Shown here: one piece after another, positions 39,513 through 51,756 of the stretch
How the letters are laid out: each line of letters begins with the position of its first letter
Position numbering within the stretch: the stretch's first letter is position 1
Assembly (NCBI RefSeq): GCF_026210795.1
Contig: NC_089432.1
Coordinates: 620,001 to 684,000 of the forward strand
Direction: 5' to 3'
Source of the DNA: Rhizophagus irregularis
Lineage: Eukaryota
DNA length: 64,000 nucleotides
Translations under genes and position numbers: made by a program
The notes under the pieces: generated by a model
What the model was told of the DNA's origin: nothing
Databases searched by the model: none
The model's input: the letters and a program-made list of their open reading frames with translations, nothing else

Positions 39513-40362
39513 GAGTGTATAAAATTCATGCGCACAATGTGTACGTGTGGCGATTGTGGCGTGTGCACGATTTTCTAAATTGGATGTGCACCGTGTGCAC
39601 AAAAAAAAAATTTTCATAGTGCACTATTAATTTTTGTGCACAAAAAAATTTTATATAGTGCACAATGTGCACAATTTTGTGCACAAAAATTCTATTTAGT
39701 ACACAAAAAATAAAAAGAATGAGAGATATCACGAAATACCTAAATGATTATACTCCTTAATAAAAAAGATCACAAAAAAAGGAGCGAAATGTTAAGAATA
39801 CAGAAATTAGTGATATTGAAGATAACGAAATTGATAGTGAAGAAGAAGAATTAAATGATACTACTAAGACGAAAAAAAAAATAAATATTCACATTCAACA
39901 TTAAATAGAATCCACTTTGGGCTCCAAAATATTCATGGTTACATTATAAAAAAAAAATGGAAGAAAAGTTATATTAAGAGTACTCTTAGGCGACACAAAG
40001 TGGTAAAAATGGTTTTCATAATATAAAAATTTCATCAATAACCCGGCAACCCGGCTTTTAATTTTTTTTTTCAAAAATTTTATATGTGAAAATTTTTTTC
40101 AATTTTTAAAAAATTCTCACCCGGCATAGTAATAATATAAAAAATTTTTTTTTGACTTTACAAAAACTGACCCGGCCGGGATATGAAAACCATTTTTATC
40201 ACTTTATGTCGCCTTAATATGCATTTAGATGTGTTTTTAATGGGTTCTCAAAATTTTGAAATTTTAATTTTTTAGCGGCTTGCAATTAGGCTTCTAAAGA
40301 TCAGGCACACATTTTTGTGCACAAAAAAATTTTCACACGTGTACATTTTTTTTTTTACACTG
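39513..40362. mobile_element. Degenerate hAT-like MITE with GTGCAC repeats
   Basis: GAGTGTATAAAA / TTTTTTACACTG ends, many TGTGCACA motifs near both ends; no clear TSD. Confidence 0.45.
39989..40213. mobile_element. PIF/Harbinger-like MITE nested in the previous element
   Basis: ~32-bp TIR GGCGACACAAAGTGGTAAAAATGGTTTTCATA / TATGAAAACCATTTTTATCACTTTATGTCGCC; TSD TTA. Confidence 0.8.
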
Positions 40363-40384
40363 ATTGTACTGTACCACTCAGTGG

Positions 40385-40877
40385 TAGAGCTGCGACCCGT
40401 TACCCATTTACCAGAATACAATCCGGGCTTACTCGAGTATCTATGAGTATCTGGGTTATGGAATAGCAAACGGGTAAAAACGGGTAATACCCATTTTGTA
40501 TCCGTTTTATGTTGACATATATATATATACCCGGGTATTACTCGGGTAATTGCCCCATAAATTTTGCCAGAATTGAGATGTTAACTCAGGCCAGAATTTT
40601 AATGCCGGCCAGAATTAATGTTTATAAATTACTTGGTGATCGTCACTAATAAGTACGGTTACAAGTTTTAATATTTGAATGAGAAAGTTACCACAAAAAA
40701 TAACTTGTCCCATTTTATTAATTCTGGCTAAAATTGTATTGAGAAAAAACCAGGTTTTTATCCGGGTAATACCCGGGTATACTCGGGTCATATCTATCAA
40801 AAAGATAAACGGGTAATACTCGTTTTGGAGTCGGGTAACACATTTTTTGATTTGAATACAGACGGGTCGCAGCTCTA
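40385..40877. mobile_element. hAT-like MITE with CCCGGGTA repeats
   Basis: Perfect 16-bp TIR TAGAGCTGCGACCCGT / ACGGGTCGCAGCTCTA; flanks ACTCAGTGG / AGTCAGTGG. Confidence 0.8.
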
Positions 40878-40942
40878 AGTCAGTGGTACAATACAATAAT
40901 AAATGCTATTATAAATTATTTATATTTTAATATTAAAAAAAT

Positions 40943-41090
40943 AAACTGGTCTTTTAACATAAACCGGTCTCTAAAGTAAACCGGTTTTATATGAAAAACC
41001 GGAGACCAGATTTTTCAATAAAAATTTCCAAACCGGTTTTTGATTAAAACAGGCTGAAACCGGAGACCGGAAACCGGTCTTGAAGCTCTA
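40943..41090. mobile_element. Right end of another hAT-like MITE with AAACCGG repeats
   Basis: About 8 AAACCGG motifs ending in GAAGCTCTA. Confidence 0.5.
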
Positions 41091-42045
41091 ACTAAAATTA
41101 AACATTTTTTTTTTAAAAAAAAAAAGAGAAATTTGAAATTTGGTTTAGAAGTTATCTCAGTTTCAGACAATATATACATTGTATTACTTAAACAATTATA
41201 CTCTGAAATTCCAAATTGTCAAATAAAGCGAAGAAAATCCTTTGGTTTAATTGGTACTTACATTCGATCACATTTCACATTGAATTTTTTAAAATTCGAA
41301 TTTTATTTTGAATTCTTTCATTAAAAATTATAATTAATTTAATACTAATACATTTCAATATGATTGATTACGTTAAATAATAAGGTAAACTTAAGATACA
41401 TCTTTGTTTATGCACGGAATCTTCAATAAGAAAAAAAAACAAATGGCGTTATATCCGTTATTATAATTGCCTTCTTTTGCATTCCCATTGAACTGGGATT
41501 AAATAATAATACAGACAATAAAGGAAATTTGTTTATCGTACACATGAATAAATATTTATTCTTAGTGAATTGTATAACATTTAATTATATTAAAGTCGAC
41601 CACAGTTTCAAATACCAAACAAATACTATGCGGCGTTAAGGAGTAACCATATTTAATTGAATATAGTAAAAAGGTCAATTTATATTTTTATCTTAAGAAG
41701 GAAATGTTTCTTCATGGCTAAAAAAATCCGAATATATTCAATAATACATGAGTATTGTTAAATATAGAACGGTATTTCATGTGTGATATGTTACATGTAA
41801 ATTAAGGTTGCAGTTGCATATGGGCATTACACAAATATTTTTTTATCAAATGATTATTATAAATAAGGAAATTATTATAATAAAAACAAAATCGAAAAAT
41901 ATATAAATAAAATTTCTTTTTTCTTTAAAAAAAAAAAAAAAAAAAAAAATCATTTCACTTACTTCTTAGTTAATCCTTTGAAGGATTAATAAAAAATCTT
42001 TTTTGAGCACATATAAATATATAACGTGTAAAAGTGTAATAATCA

Positions 42046-45000
42046 ATGTTTGCGTTCCAGAAAACCAATCAAACACCATCGCAATTATATAGCGACGAAG
42101 AAAAAGCGGAGATTAAGTCAATTGCTTCTTTTGAATCAAAGTATAGTAACAAAAGGAATATTTATAATGGTCATCAATATATAGCTATAAGTCCAGATGG
42201 TACTCAGATAGTAACATTAAATACCACAACTTATCAATTAAAATTATGTCAATCAGATAATATATCAACATTAAATACTTTGAATTATAATAGTTTTAAA
42301 AATTTTGATACTCCTGCTGTAATTTGGAGTTTAGCCATATCTAATGAAATTACTTTACCTGATCGGACAACTGATGTGTTAATTGCCGTCTCTTGTTTTG
42401 ATGATGATGTTAATAATGCTGATTCAACTATTAAACACACTTGGGTCATTTCTTCTGCTAAACAAGTGAGAATTTCTTCTTCAATTAATGATATGGGTGG
42501 TATAATTAAATTCTTGGATGACGAAAGTTCGGTTTCCGAAAAGACAGATTTGGTTCTTATAAATTCTTATGGAATTTCAAGATTTTCTATTCATCATGAT
42601 AAAATCAAATCTATGATAAATGAAAATTATGTTCATGGTTGGTTTAGCCTCTTCTCTGATAAATCCGTCGAAAATTTTAATTTACCAAGTAAATTATTAA
42701 ATAACGAAATTTCTAGTTTTTCTATTCAACAAAATTTAATAAAAGATCGTTTTTTAGTAGAAAGCTATAAAAATAAAATACAAACTGTTGAAATGTATAA
42801 TTTAAGAACAAGTTTATTGGAAAATACTTTTCAAAAATCTGAAGAAAATGCTGCTTCATTTTTAGGAAGAGGTTATTCTTGTTATGCTATATCAAGGAAT
42901 GAATCTTTATTCGCTTATTGTCGTGGTGCAAATAGTATTACCATTTATTTAATGGAGAATGGTTTGGAAGTTACTACAAAAAAATTTATTGAAACGAATA
43001 TTCAAATAATTTTTTTTGATTTCGTAAAGAATGATGAAAAATTATTGATCGTTATTGAAAAAGAAAGTTATAATGAAGGAACTTCGCAATTCGTTAATAC
43101 TCCAACAATTGTAGTTTGGGATTTATTTAGTGGTTCTGATAATTGTATTAGAAGGATAAATGATACTTTTTCGTTATTTCCTAAAAAATGTGAACATCAT
43201 CAAAGGTTGGCTAGTTCTTCAGGAAATCTTATTACAATTACGGATGATGGGAAAATCACTTCTTTATTACAAGATTCTGAAATAATTAAATTATTAAATC
43301 CTGAAAATTATAATACAAGAAATGCTATTCAACTTAACAATAATATTCAACTTGATAAAAAGTCCAGTTCTCCCTCATCAACTGTCGTAACAACTAATAC
43401 TACCACGAATTATCATTCAATTTACGATTCTTATGGAAAATATTTAGGTTCTAAATTCGAAAATAAAATTATTAGTAATCCTGAACCTTGGATATTAAAT
43501 AAAAATTATGAACGTACCTCGGTTTATTTTGATGATAAATCTATTCAATTATTTATTGGTGAATCCACTGTTCAAGTGTGGCGTAAAAGAAAAAGTGGAG
43601 CGTCAACTACAAAAGCATCTTCATCATCATCTACGAAAGTTCTTGAATATATTTGGACAAATAATTTTAATAGACCAATGCAAATCCAATCTTTGGAAGT
43701 TAATCATAAAGAATTCTCTTTAACATTATATATTCCTTCCATAAATTCACTTTCCGAACCTGGAGATACAGTTACACTTGAATGGCCTGAAAAAGTTAAT
43801 CCCCCAGTACATGCTTGTGAAGCATTGGAATTTTTTAATAAGAAAAAAGGCCAACCTTTAGATCCAAAAAGGCAATATCAATTTGATGAATTGATTCAAC
43901 AAACTGAACGTATCATTAGAAAATATTTAACTAAAAGATGTGGTTTATGGAGGATGTTAGATATACGTTATGATATTATGGCGAATCTAATTCGCGGTAA
44001 TTGTACATATATTATTAGGAATATTTTATTTTCCATATCTGATAGAAAAAATAATTATTTACATATTCCAAGATGTAATTCTTGGGGTGGTCAACTCGTG
44101 AAAGATACTGATCTTGAAATCTCTATCACATGTACAAAAGGAGGTTATCGTAAAGATACGATTATAGTTAAATATTTATTAGATTATTATTCTAATAATG
44201 CTTTAGATTCTTCAAATTGGATGTTTACCGTTGCTAAAGCAATTCCGATCCTTTATGAATATAATTTAGAATTTTACGTTGAAGAACTATTTCAAAAACG
44301 TTGTTTTGGTGCCAGTGAAGTTTACTTGGATCAATCTAAAATTCGTGATAAAGACATGGATAGAAGTAACCAGAAAGATGTTCATGCGTTAAACGTAAAT
44401 TTGGGTCTCACCAAGAAAAGAAAAGAGCGTAATTTCTTACAAAGATCAATCGTTAAAGGAAAACAAAGGTAGAAATTAATATATTAATAATTAACGAGAT
44501 TAAATGTTGCACAGACCATAAACGAAAATAATTAATTTTTTTTCCTATCATTTTTTTAGTGGAGAGAAAATTATTTCAGATTTAGTAAGCAAAACAACTT
44601 CTGCCCCTAGTTCTTCACTTATTAATCAGGTTTACATGGTACCCCTTCCCGATTTTACCGTATATCCTGAGAAATTTGAAGATAAACGAGTAGAATATTG
44701 GAAGATTCCTTTCAAATTTTTAAAGTTGTTATTTTGGCCACGTGGTCATGTGCTTAAAAAAAAGCATCAGATGAGTCCATTCTTGAGAATGATAAGAGCA
44801 GACAATGGCGCAGAAATTTATGATAATCCATCAATGGCCGCAGTAATTGACTTTAAATGGAAAGCGGCAAGAAATCATTTCTTAAGACATGCACTTATAT
44901 ACGTTGTATTTGCATTTTTTTTTGCAATCACAGGTGGTGCTATTAGAGGAATAAGTGTTGTTAGTAATTTGGGAGTTAAAATAATGTTCGCTTTATTTTA

Positions 45001-46565
45001 TTGGTTGGGATTTTATTTATTAAATACCGAAAGAATTCAATTAAAATTTGAGGGATGGAGAAGATATTTTAGCCTTTATAATTTTTTTGACTTGTTTTCA
45101 GTCATTTTTCCATTAGTAATAAATAGTTTAAATCTATACTTTGGTACTAAATTCCCAAATCCAGATGAACCACCAGAAATATTTCAAGAGCAAATTGTAC
45201 AATTTACAAGAGACTATCGATTATTTATTATTCTTAATTCATTTGCAGTTTTAGTAATGTGGTTGGAACTTTTTTTGGTAAGTTTTTGAATGATATTTAT
45301 ATATACATAACGTTTGAATATTTGATACTAACTTTATTTTTAATAAAAATAGTTGTTACGATATTTTGAAAGATCTGGAGCTTACATTTATATTTTAGTT
45401 AATATCTTTAAACAAATTATACCTTTCTTGATTTTTATTCTAGTGGTTGTCCTCGGATTTGGTCATGCTATGTGAGTGAAGGTTTTAAAAAAAAATTCCA
45501 AAAAAGTAACGTTGACGATCGATATTTTTACTAAAATTTCGTAATAAAATTTAATTTATTTTTAATAGGTTCGTTTTACTTAATAATACTAAAATCATAG
45601 ACATTAAACCTGATGGTTCCTCTTTTACAATCACACCTACTGATTCTGATTCAAATCAACCATTACCATATAATGTGGAACAATTTATTGATGTGGATAG
45701 TAAATCAGATAATTTTTACTCAAATTTTATTAAATCTGTTGAATCAGTTTTCTTTTGGACTGGCGGTCGTTGGGATCAATTGGAACAATGGGATTTTTGG
45801 CCAGTAGATGTTTATTCTATTATTGGTAGTATCCTTCTCGTTACAATTTTGCAGAATATGTTGATTGCGATCATGACGTAAGTTTTAATATATATAAAAA
45901 AAAAAAAAATGTTTTTTTTATATTGATCATAGTTCAAATAAACTTATATATAATATTTAATTTGTAGTGGTGCATATGAAAATGCACAAGAAATTGGTAG
46001 ACATGCAGTATTAGAATATCGAGCGGAATTGATCGAAGATTATGAAACGGTCGAAAAACCTCTTGGAAGTAAAAGAGGAAATCCTCGATATATTTATTAT
46101 ATCGGAAAATCAGATTATATTGAAGAATGGTTAAGAAAATCTGAGAAAGCAAGAAAAAATAAGGAGAATTTCTTATCAAAAGTTGATGACAAAAATCCTT
46201 GGGATGATGATGATGATGATGATGACGACGACGACGATGATAATGAAGGGGGAGGATATCATTATCAAGATCTTTCTACTGAGACTGATTCTATTACATC
46301 ACCAAGAAAAGAACAAGAAATTCCATTATCATTATATTGGTTTGTTGATGAAAATGATAATAAGGAGAAATTATCAAAATCAAAATCTTCAAACATTTCA
46401 TCTAAATCAACTAATATTATTCAAAATGATGATGATGGTGATGGTGATGAAACTAGATTATTGAAAGAAAAAATTACATCCATGAAAAAAGAATTTTCTG
46501 GAAAATTGAATTCTATGGAAGAAACTATCAAAAATTTAATCACTATAATACAAAATCAAAAATAA
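42046..46565 (+). CDS. TRP-like cation channel with a large N-terminal beta-propeller-like region; 5 exons (42046-44468, 44560-45277, 45353-45471, 45569-45877, 45968-46565), ~1388 aa
   Basis: Four GT-AG introns give a continuous frame; AISPDG and VVWD-type repeats; DNPSMAAVIDFKW, YNFFDL, LLRYFE, GFGHAM, S6-like LQNMLIAIM, TRP-helix-like YRAELIEDYE; acidic tail and coiled coil. Confidence 0.85.
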
Positions 46566-47906
46566 TTTAAATTTTTTTTTAAAAAAATTACCTGATAAAT
46601 TTATTTAGTTTTTTTTTAAAAAAAAAAGTTAATATTTTTTGAACATTTTTGAGCGTTTTTTATTTTTTATTATTTTTGTAATATATATTATTTATATGTA
46701 TACGTTATGTAATTTTTAAGTTCGGTTATTAAAGACTTTTATTGGCATTATAAAAAATATAAAATTTCACTTATTACCAATTGACACTATAAAAAAATAT
46801 AAAAATCGGTTTTAAAAGTTAAAAATGGCTTTTGAATGTCATATACACAATAAAATATTAAAAAAAAATTTAAAGTACAATAAATTGCTTGCGATTGCTG
46901 CGTCATCAACTACGCGAGAATTTAAGTGATACAAAAAAGTCAATAAAAAAAATAAAACAATGGAGAAAACGATCACCAAAAAACAAAGTTTTATTGCATT
47001 AATGTAATGTTTTGTGGGTTAAAATGAATCATTTGTTTATTATTTAGTAAAAACCCATAGGGGTGAACTGATATGTTACTGTTATCACTGGTTTTGACGA
47101 TTGGTGAGGTAGATAAATCGGAATATATCTGTATAAATAATGAACAATTGGTAATAAAGCGTATACGATGTATAACGAAAGGTCAATAAACGATAATAAA
47201 TAATGCGGTAAAATGAGATGGATTTAATACGCGAAATCTAAAACAATTCGGCAGGGTTATTTATACTTTAATAAAATACAATATTACTGCCTCTTTCGAC
47301 GCACTGTAATATTCGTATATTTATCTCTTTATAAAATAAAACCAACACACACTTTCAAACCCTCCACAAATCGGTCCTGTATACATCGTTCAAAATTCGG
47401 TACCAATTCGCCTATCGAACATATTCGTCATCCGACCAATTTTACCCTCCGGCCAAATTCGCTAATCAGACGATTTTGTCCAGTTAAGCCACTTCTATCT
47501 TTAGCCACCCACCTATATGTATAATTCTTTATTCTATGTCTGACGAATAAGTTTTGTACGAGAATTGTGTATCGTTGTATTATTAGGTCTTCCACGCCTA
47601 AATGACACCAACCTAGATAATAGGTGAAGTATTAGAATCTGTTTTTAATAAAAAATGGGCTGAAAAAATTACTCAAGTTAAACAAAGAGATGATGCTGAT
47701 ATAGAGAGTGGTAAGTTATCACTTTTTATATTAGAACACTTGAAAAAACAAAGCCGAATTTTAGTGCTATTATGTAATGAGTACTATTAATATTTAGTTT
47801 GAGATACTTTTTGATTTATTTATTTATAATAATATATCACTAACTTATTATTTTCTTATTACTTGATACATTAGAATAATAATCTAATAATGGATATAAG
47901 TAATAG

Positions 47907-48167
47907 ATGAGAAAGCAAGAAAGGTTATTATTTACTAAAGAAAAATCGGACTTAATCTCCCTACGCAACAAAAGAATTATATTTAAAGACCAAATGACAA
48001 CGCTAGACAGAAGCTTCTTAGAAACTTGGCCAGAAATCAAAAACAAGCTTAACAACAAGTTTAAAGGTCGCACTCCTCAATGGTTCAAAAAACTCGAAGC
48101 TGACGGTATCCTCACAGACTTTAACAGACGCTTAATAAACCCGTTGTCGACGCCAAGAAACGCATGA
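47907..48167 (+). pseudogene. Fragment of another LINE ORF2 (post-RT region)
   Basis: LRNKRIIFKDQM..TWPEI..GRTPQWFK parallels IKKCGVMFVEQL..KWTHF..IEPKWFK in the LINE at ~36210-36340. Confidence 0.6.
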
Positions 48168-48870
48168 AACTATTAAACAGTACAACAATATGTTTTATTG
48201 GCAACAAACACACCATTGATTTACTAATCTCACTCGCACATTTAATTGTGAACGAACAAAATATCCCAATTTTGGGAGTCAGTAAAGATTTTGACAGTGC
48301 TGTTGGTTGGGCAGATAAGTAGCGGTGAGAATTGCGAAACCTTCTGCTTTGATTGAAGAAAGTTTAAGAGTGGTATTGACATGAAACGCTAGTGGTGTGG
48401 AATTTGCTATCTTTCAATATATTGAAGAAATATAGCTGTTTGTTTTTCTACTTTTGCTGGACTTTTGGATGAACCAGTCAAAAAAATTTAACCCATGTTG
48501 GTAGTAAACGGAGGGACATTAACACTTTTTATAGCGTTAACAACGCGATCACTTCAGACCGAAAATCTTAAAAATTAGATACTTAATCGAAAACAATCAG
48601 CTCAAAGTGAATCTTTACAAAGCAAAAGCCCATTCAAACGTTCTCTACAACGATCTCGCGGATACTGAAGCAAAAAAAAGGCCTCGACGGCATGGTGTAT
48701 AAACATGTCATGAAGTTTGGTATTGCGGGTAAAAGAATTAAAGGTGGCGCATCTGTGATGTTTTTTTGTAAATTTTCTGATGTCTGTCGATGGTGAAATA
48801 GTGGCATTTGGTACGAATTTGGGATTGATGTATTTTCCGATGTAATCTTTGATTATCTGTCCATCGAGTT

Positions 48871-50126
48871 TCAATTGTGATTGTTATTGTAATTGTTATT
48901 GTAATTATTGTAATTGGAATTGGAATTATTATAATTATAATTGTAAGTACTATAATTGTAATTGTGAACAATAAAATTTGTACGAGCTCGCCTACTAATG
49001 GGAGTTTTCCGAATTCCAAATTCTTTCATAATTCGTTCTTCACGTTCTTTTTCCTCGGCAAGTATCATGTCAACTTCTGTAACTTCAGCCTTACTATTTA
49101 AAGCAGCAGTAACTTCGGCTATCATATTAGATATTTTACAATTAATTCTTTTATAGATAATATCTTCATCATCATCGACATTACTATCAGAATGAGTATC
49201 CGTAAGTTCTTTAAGGATAATATTTTCATCATCATCGACATTATTATCGTAATGAGTATTCGTATTATTAACATTATTACTCATATGTTCAACAGATGAT
49301 GATTTGCGACGTATAAATCTACGACCACGACGAACACGGAATTGTCTTCGTCGTGAAGTTGAATTTGTTGGTGAATGGGTTGGTGTAATTTTTTGAGAAG
49401 TTTGAATAGTTGGATGATCTTGTCGTGAAATTATAAGTGAAGGTCTAGTTTCAGTTTGAGTAGTTGGATAATCTTTTTGTTGTGAAGGTGGTGTAGAAAT
49501 TGCAAGTGAAGGTTTAGTTTCAGTTGTGGTTGTATTAGTAGTTGCAAATGTTGTTGTTGTTGTTGTTGTTGATGGCTTTAAATAAAGTAAAAGTGTTAAT
49601 ATTTATTATTTAGTTACGAACGATACTAAAAATGAAACAACAATAATAAAGAACATACCATAGACCAAGAATTATCGTAAGGTGGAGGAAGTTCTTCATC
49701 TTCAACAGTTTCTACATTTTCACCCCAAGTAGAAACTGAATGACTTCCGGTTAATATATTATTAGCATCAGTGACAAAAGCGTAAGTAAAGGTACCAAGT
49801 TCTACAACTTTATATATAAAGTTTGCGACAACTCCAGGACGACATATTTTAGAAATTTCTTCTTGTTGTTGTTGATATTTTTTAAAAAACATTTTGGTAT
49901 ATAGTAATATATATTGGAAGAAATTTAGAGTAAAGAACAACAAAAAGAATAAAAAAATCGATTTTTGTCCGGTTAAAATATTAATGGCATCAGTGACAAA
50001 AGCGTAAGTAAAGGTACCAAGTTCTACAACTTTATATATAAAGTTTGCGACAACTCCAGGACGATGTATTTTAGAAATTTCTTCTTTTTGTTGTTGTTGA
50101 AAATTTTGTATTGAAGTTGATTGCAT
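48871..50126 (-). CDS. Hypothetical protein, ~390 aa, 2 exons (50126-49659, 49575-48871)
   Basis: The GT-AG intron joins ORF 49626-50126 in frame with ORF 48871-49284; PPPY motif, Thr/Pro-rich linker, basic RRRQFRVRRGRR, acidic repeats, NY-repeat tail. Confidence 0.65.
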
Positions 50127-51662
50127 TTTGTGTGATATTTTTTAAAAAAAATTTTGGTATATAAAAATATATATTGAAAGAAATGTAGAGTAAAGAAAAT
50201 CGATTTTTGTTGCTTCGGTGCGAGGTATTTATTATATATTCGAGAGTAACGGGTATTGGTAAAGAAAAATTTTAATTTTTTTTTTTTGCGTATTTTTAAA
50301 ATTCATGTATGTATGTATGTGTATATATATATAATTTTTTTTATACATGTATAGGATGACTCAAAGGATTACTCAATATTTTTAAGTTGATACGATGATA
50401 AATTTCACGATAAAACCAAACAATTATCACACGCACAGAAATTTGAATTTACGTAAACATCCAACACCTGACGAAAAAAAAAATCGGAACTGTAATATGA
50501 GTAATAATAATAATAATTAATTTGTAATTAGATAATTAAATAATATTTATTTGCATAATGTGATATAAAGGATATATTGTATTAAAAAAAAAAAAAGTTC
50601 ATATAAACATTATGTATTACGACAAACACTTGTTTTTTTTCTTATTTTTTTAAGAAACTCCATAAGCCTGCTTTAACTGAAGTGAGTACCATAACTGAAT
50701 TTACTACGCAACCTTCTACGAGTTCCATGTTGAAAAAGTATAACTTTTGGAGTAACTTGTTGATTAAAAAAATGATGTGCGTGAAAATTAATGGCGAAGC
50801 GCGAAATAGGTTGAACCTCGTGATTTATGACTCATTATTCTTCCAATAATCTAATAATCTAAATCTAGGATAAACCCAAAAAAAAAATATACATTTGATA
50901 TAATATACATATAAGTAATATATAATATAATATAAATGTATTAACTAATTATAATGATGGTTACGATAATCAATTTTAGGAAAACAATTGTAACCTAGAA
51001 ATACATTGTTTCAATTACTCTAGTTATATAATATTAAAGAATTACATCGTACATAATTTTATTTGAAGATACTATAAGATTAGTTGTCCATTAGATATAA
51101 TGCATTAGAGACAATTATATAAGTATGACTAATAATTAATAAATAATAATCAGTAGTCAAAAAGAAGATCTAATAGATCAAATTTTATTGTTAATATTGT
51201 GTTATTATTAATATTCAAATTCTATCTTTGAAGGTATGGAGAGTCAATAAAAGAAATGAACAGATTACTCAGTGAAACGATCAAATATTTGAACAAAATG
51301 AAGCAAATATACCTCAATAACAATATATCAGTATGGTATAATGGATAGATATAAAAAAATTTTTTGGGATTTTTTTTTTTAATAACAATACTAGATTGGT
51401 ATAGTACAATAGTTACTAGCATAAAAGAAAGAAATTTGCTCGAAAAAAACCTCATCATTTGATCGGGAATGTCGATCATTTTTGGATCTTATTTCGGAAA
51501 ACCTTTCAGTCACGCGTTCTTCATTGTAACATTAATCTTCAATAGATCAAGTTTAGGTAGATTTTATGACAAAACTTTAATATTACAATCTATTATATAA
51601 ATTAGGTATTTTTAAAATATTATCTTTTTTTGGAATATATAAATTATAACTTTAGTTAATTA

Positions 51663-51692
51663 CTAGCAATCACTCGTTGCTTTCGCACGGGA
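51663..51692 (-). mobile_element. Helitron 3' terminus (minus strand)
   Basis: Minus strand CCCGTGCGAAAGCAACGAG...CTAG|T, nearly the same hairpin as at 39471. Confidence 0.7.
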
Positions 51693-51756
51693 CCAATGAG
51701 CTTGTTTAAATAGAAAAATTTAGTATTATAATGTAATACTAAGTAAATTAAGGATA

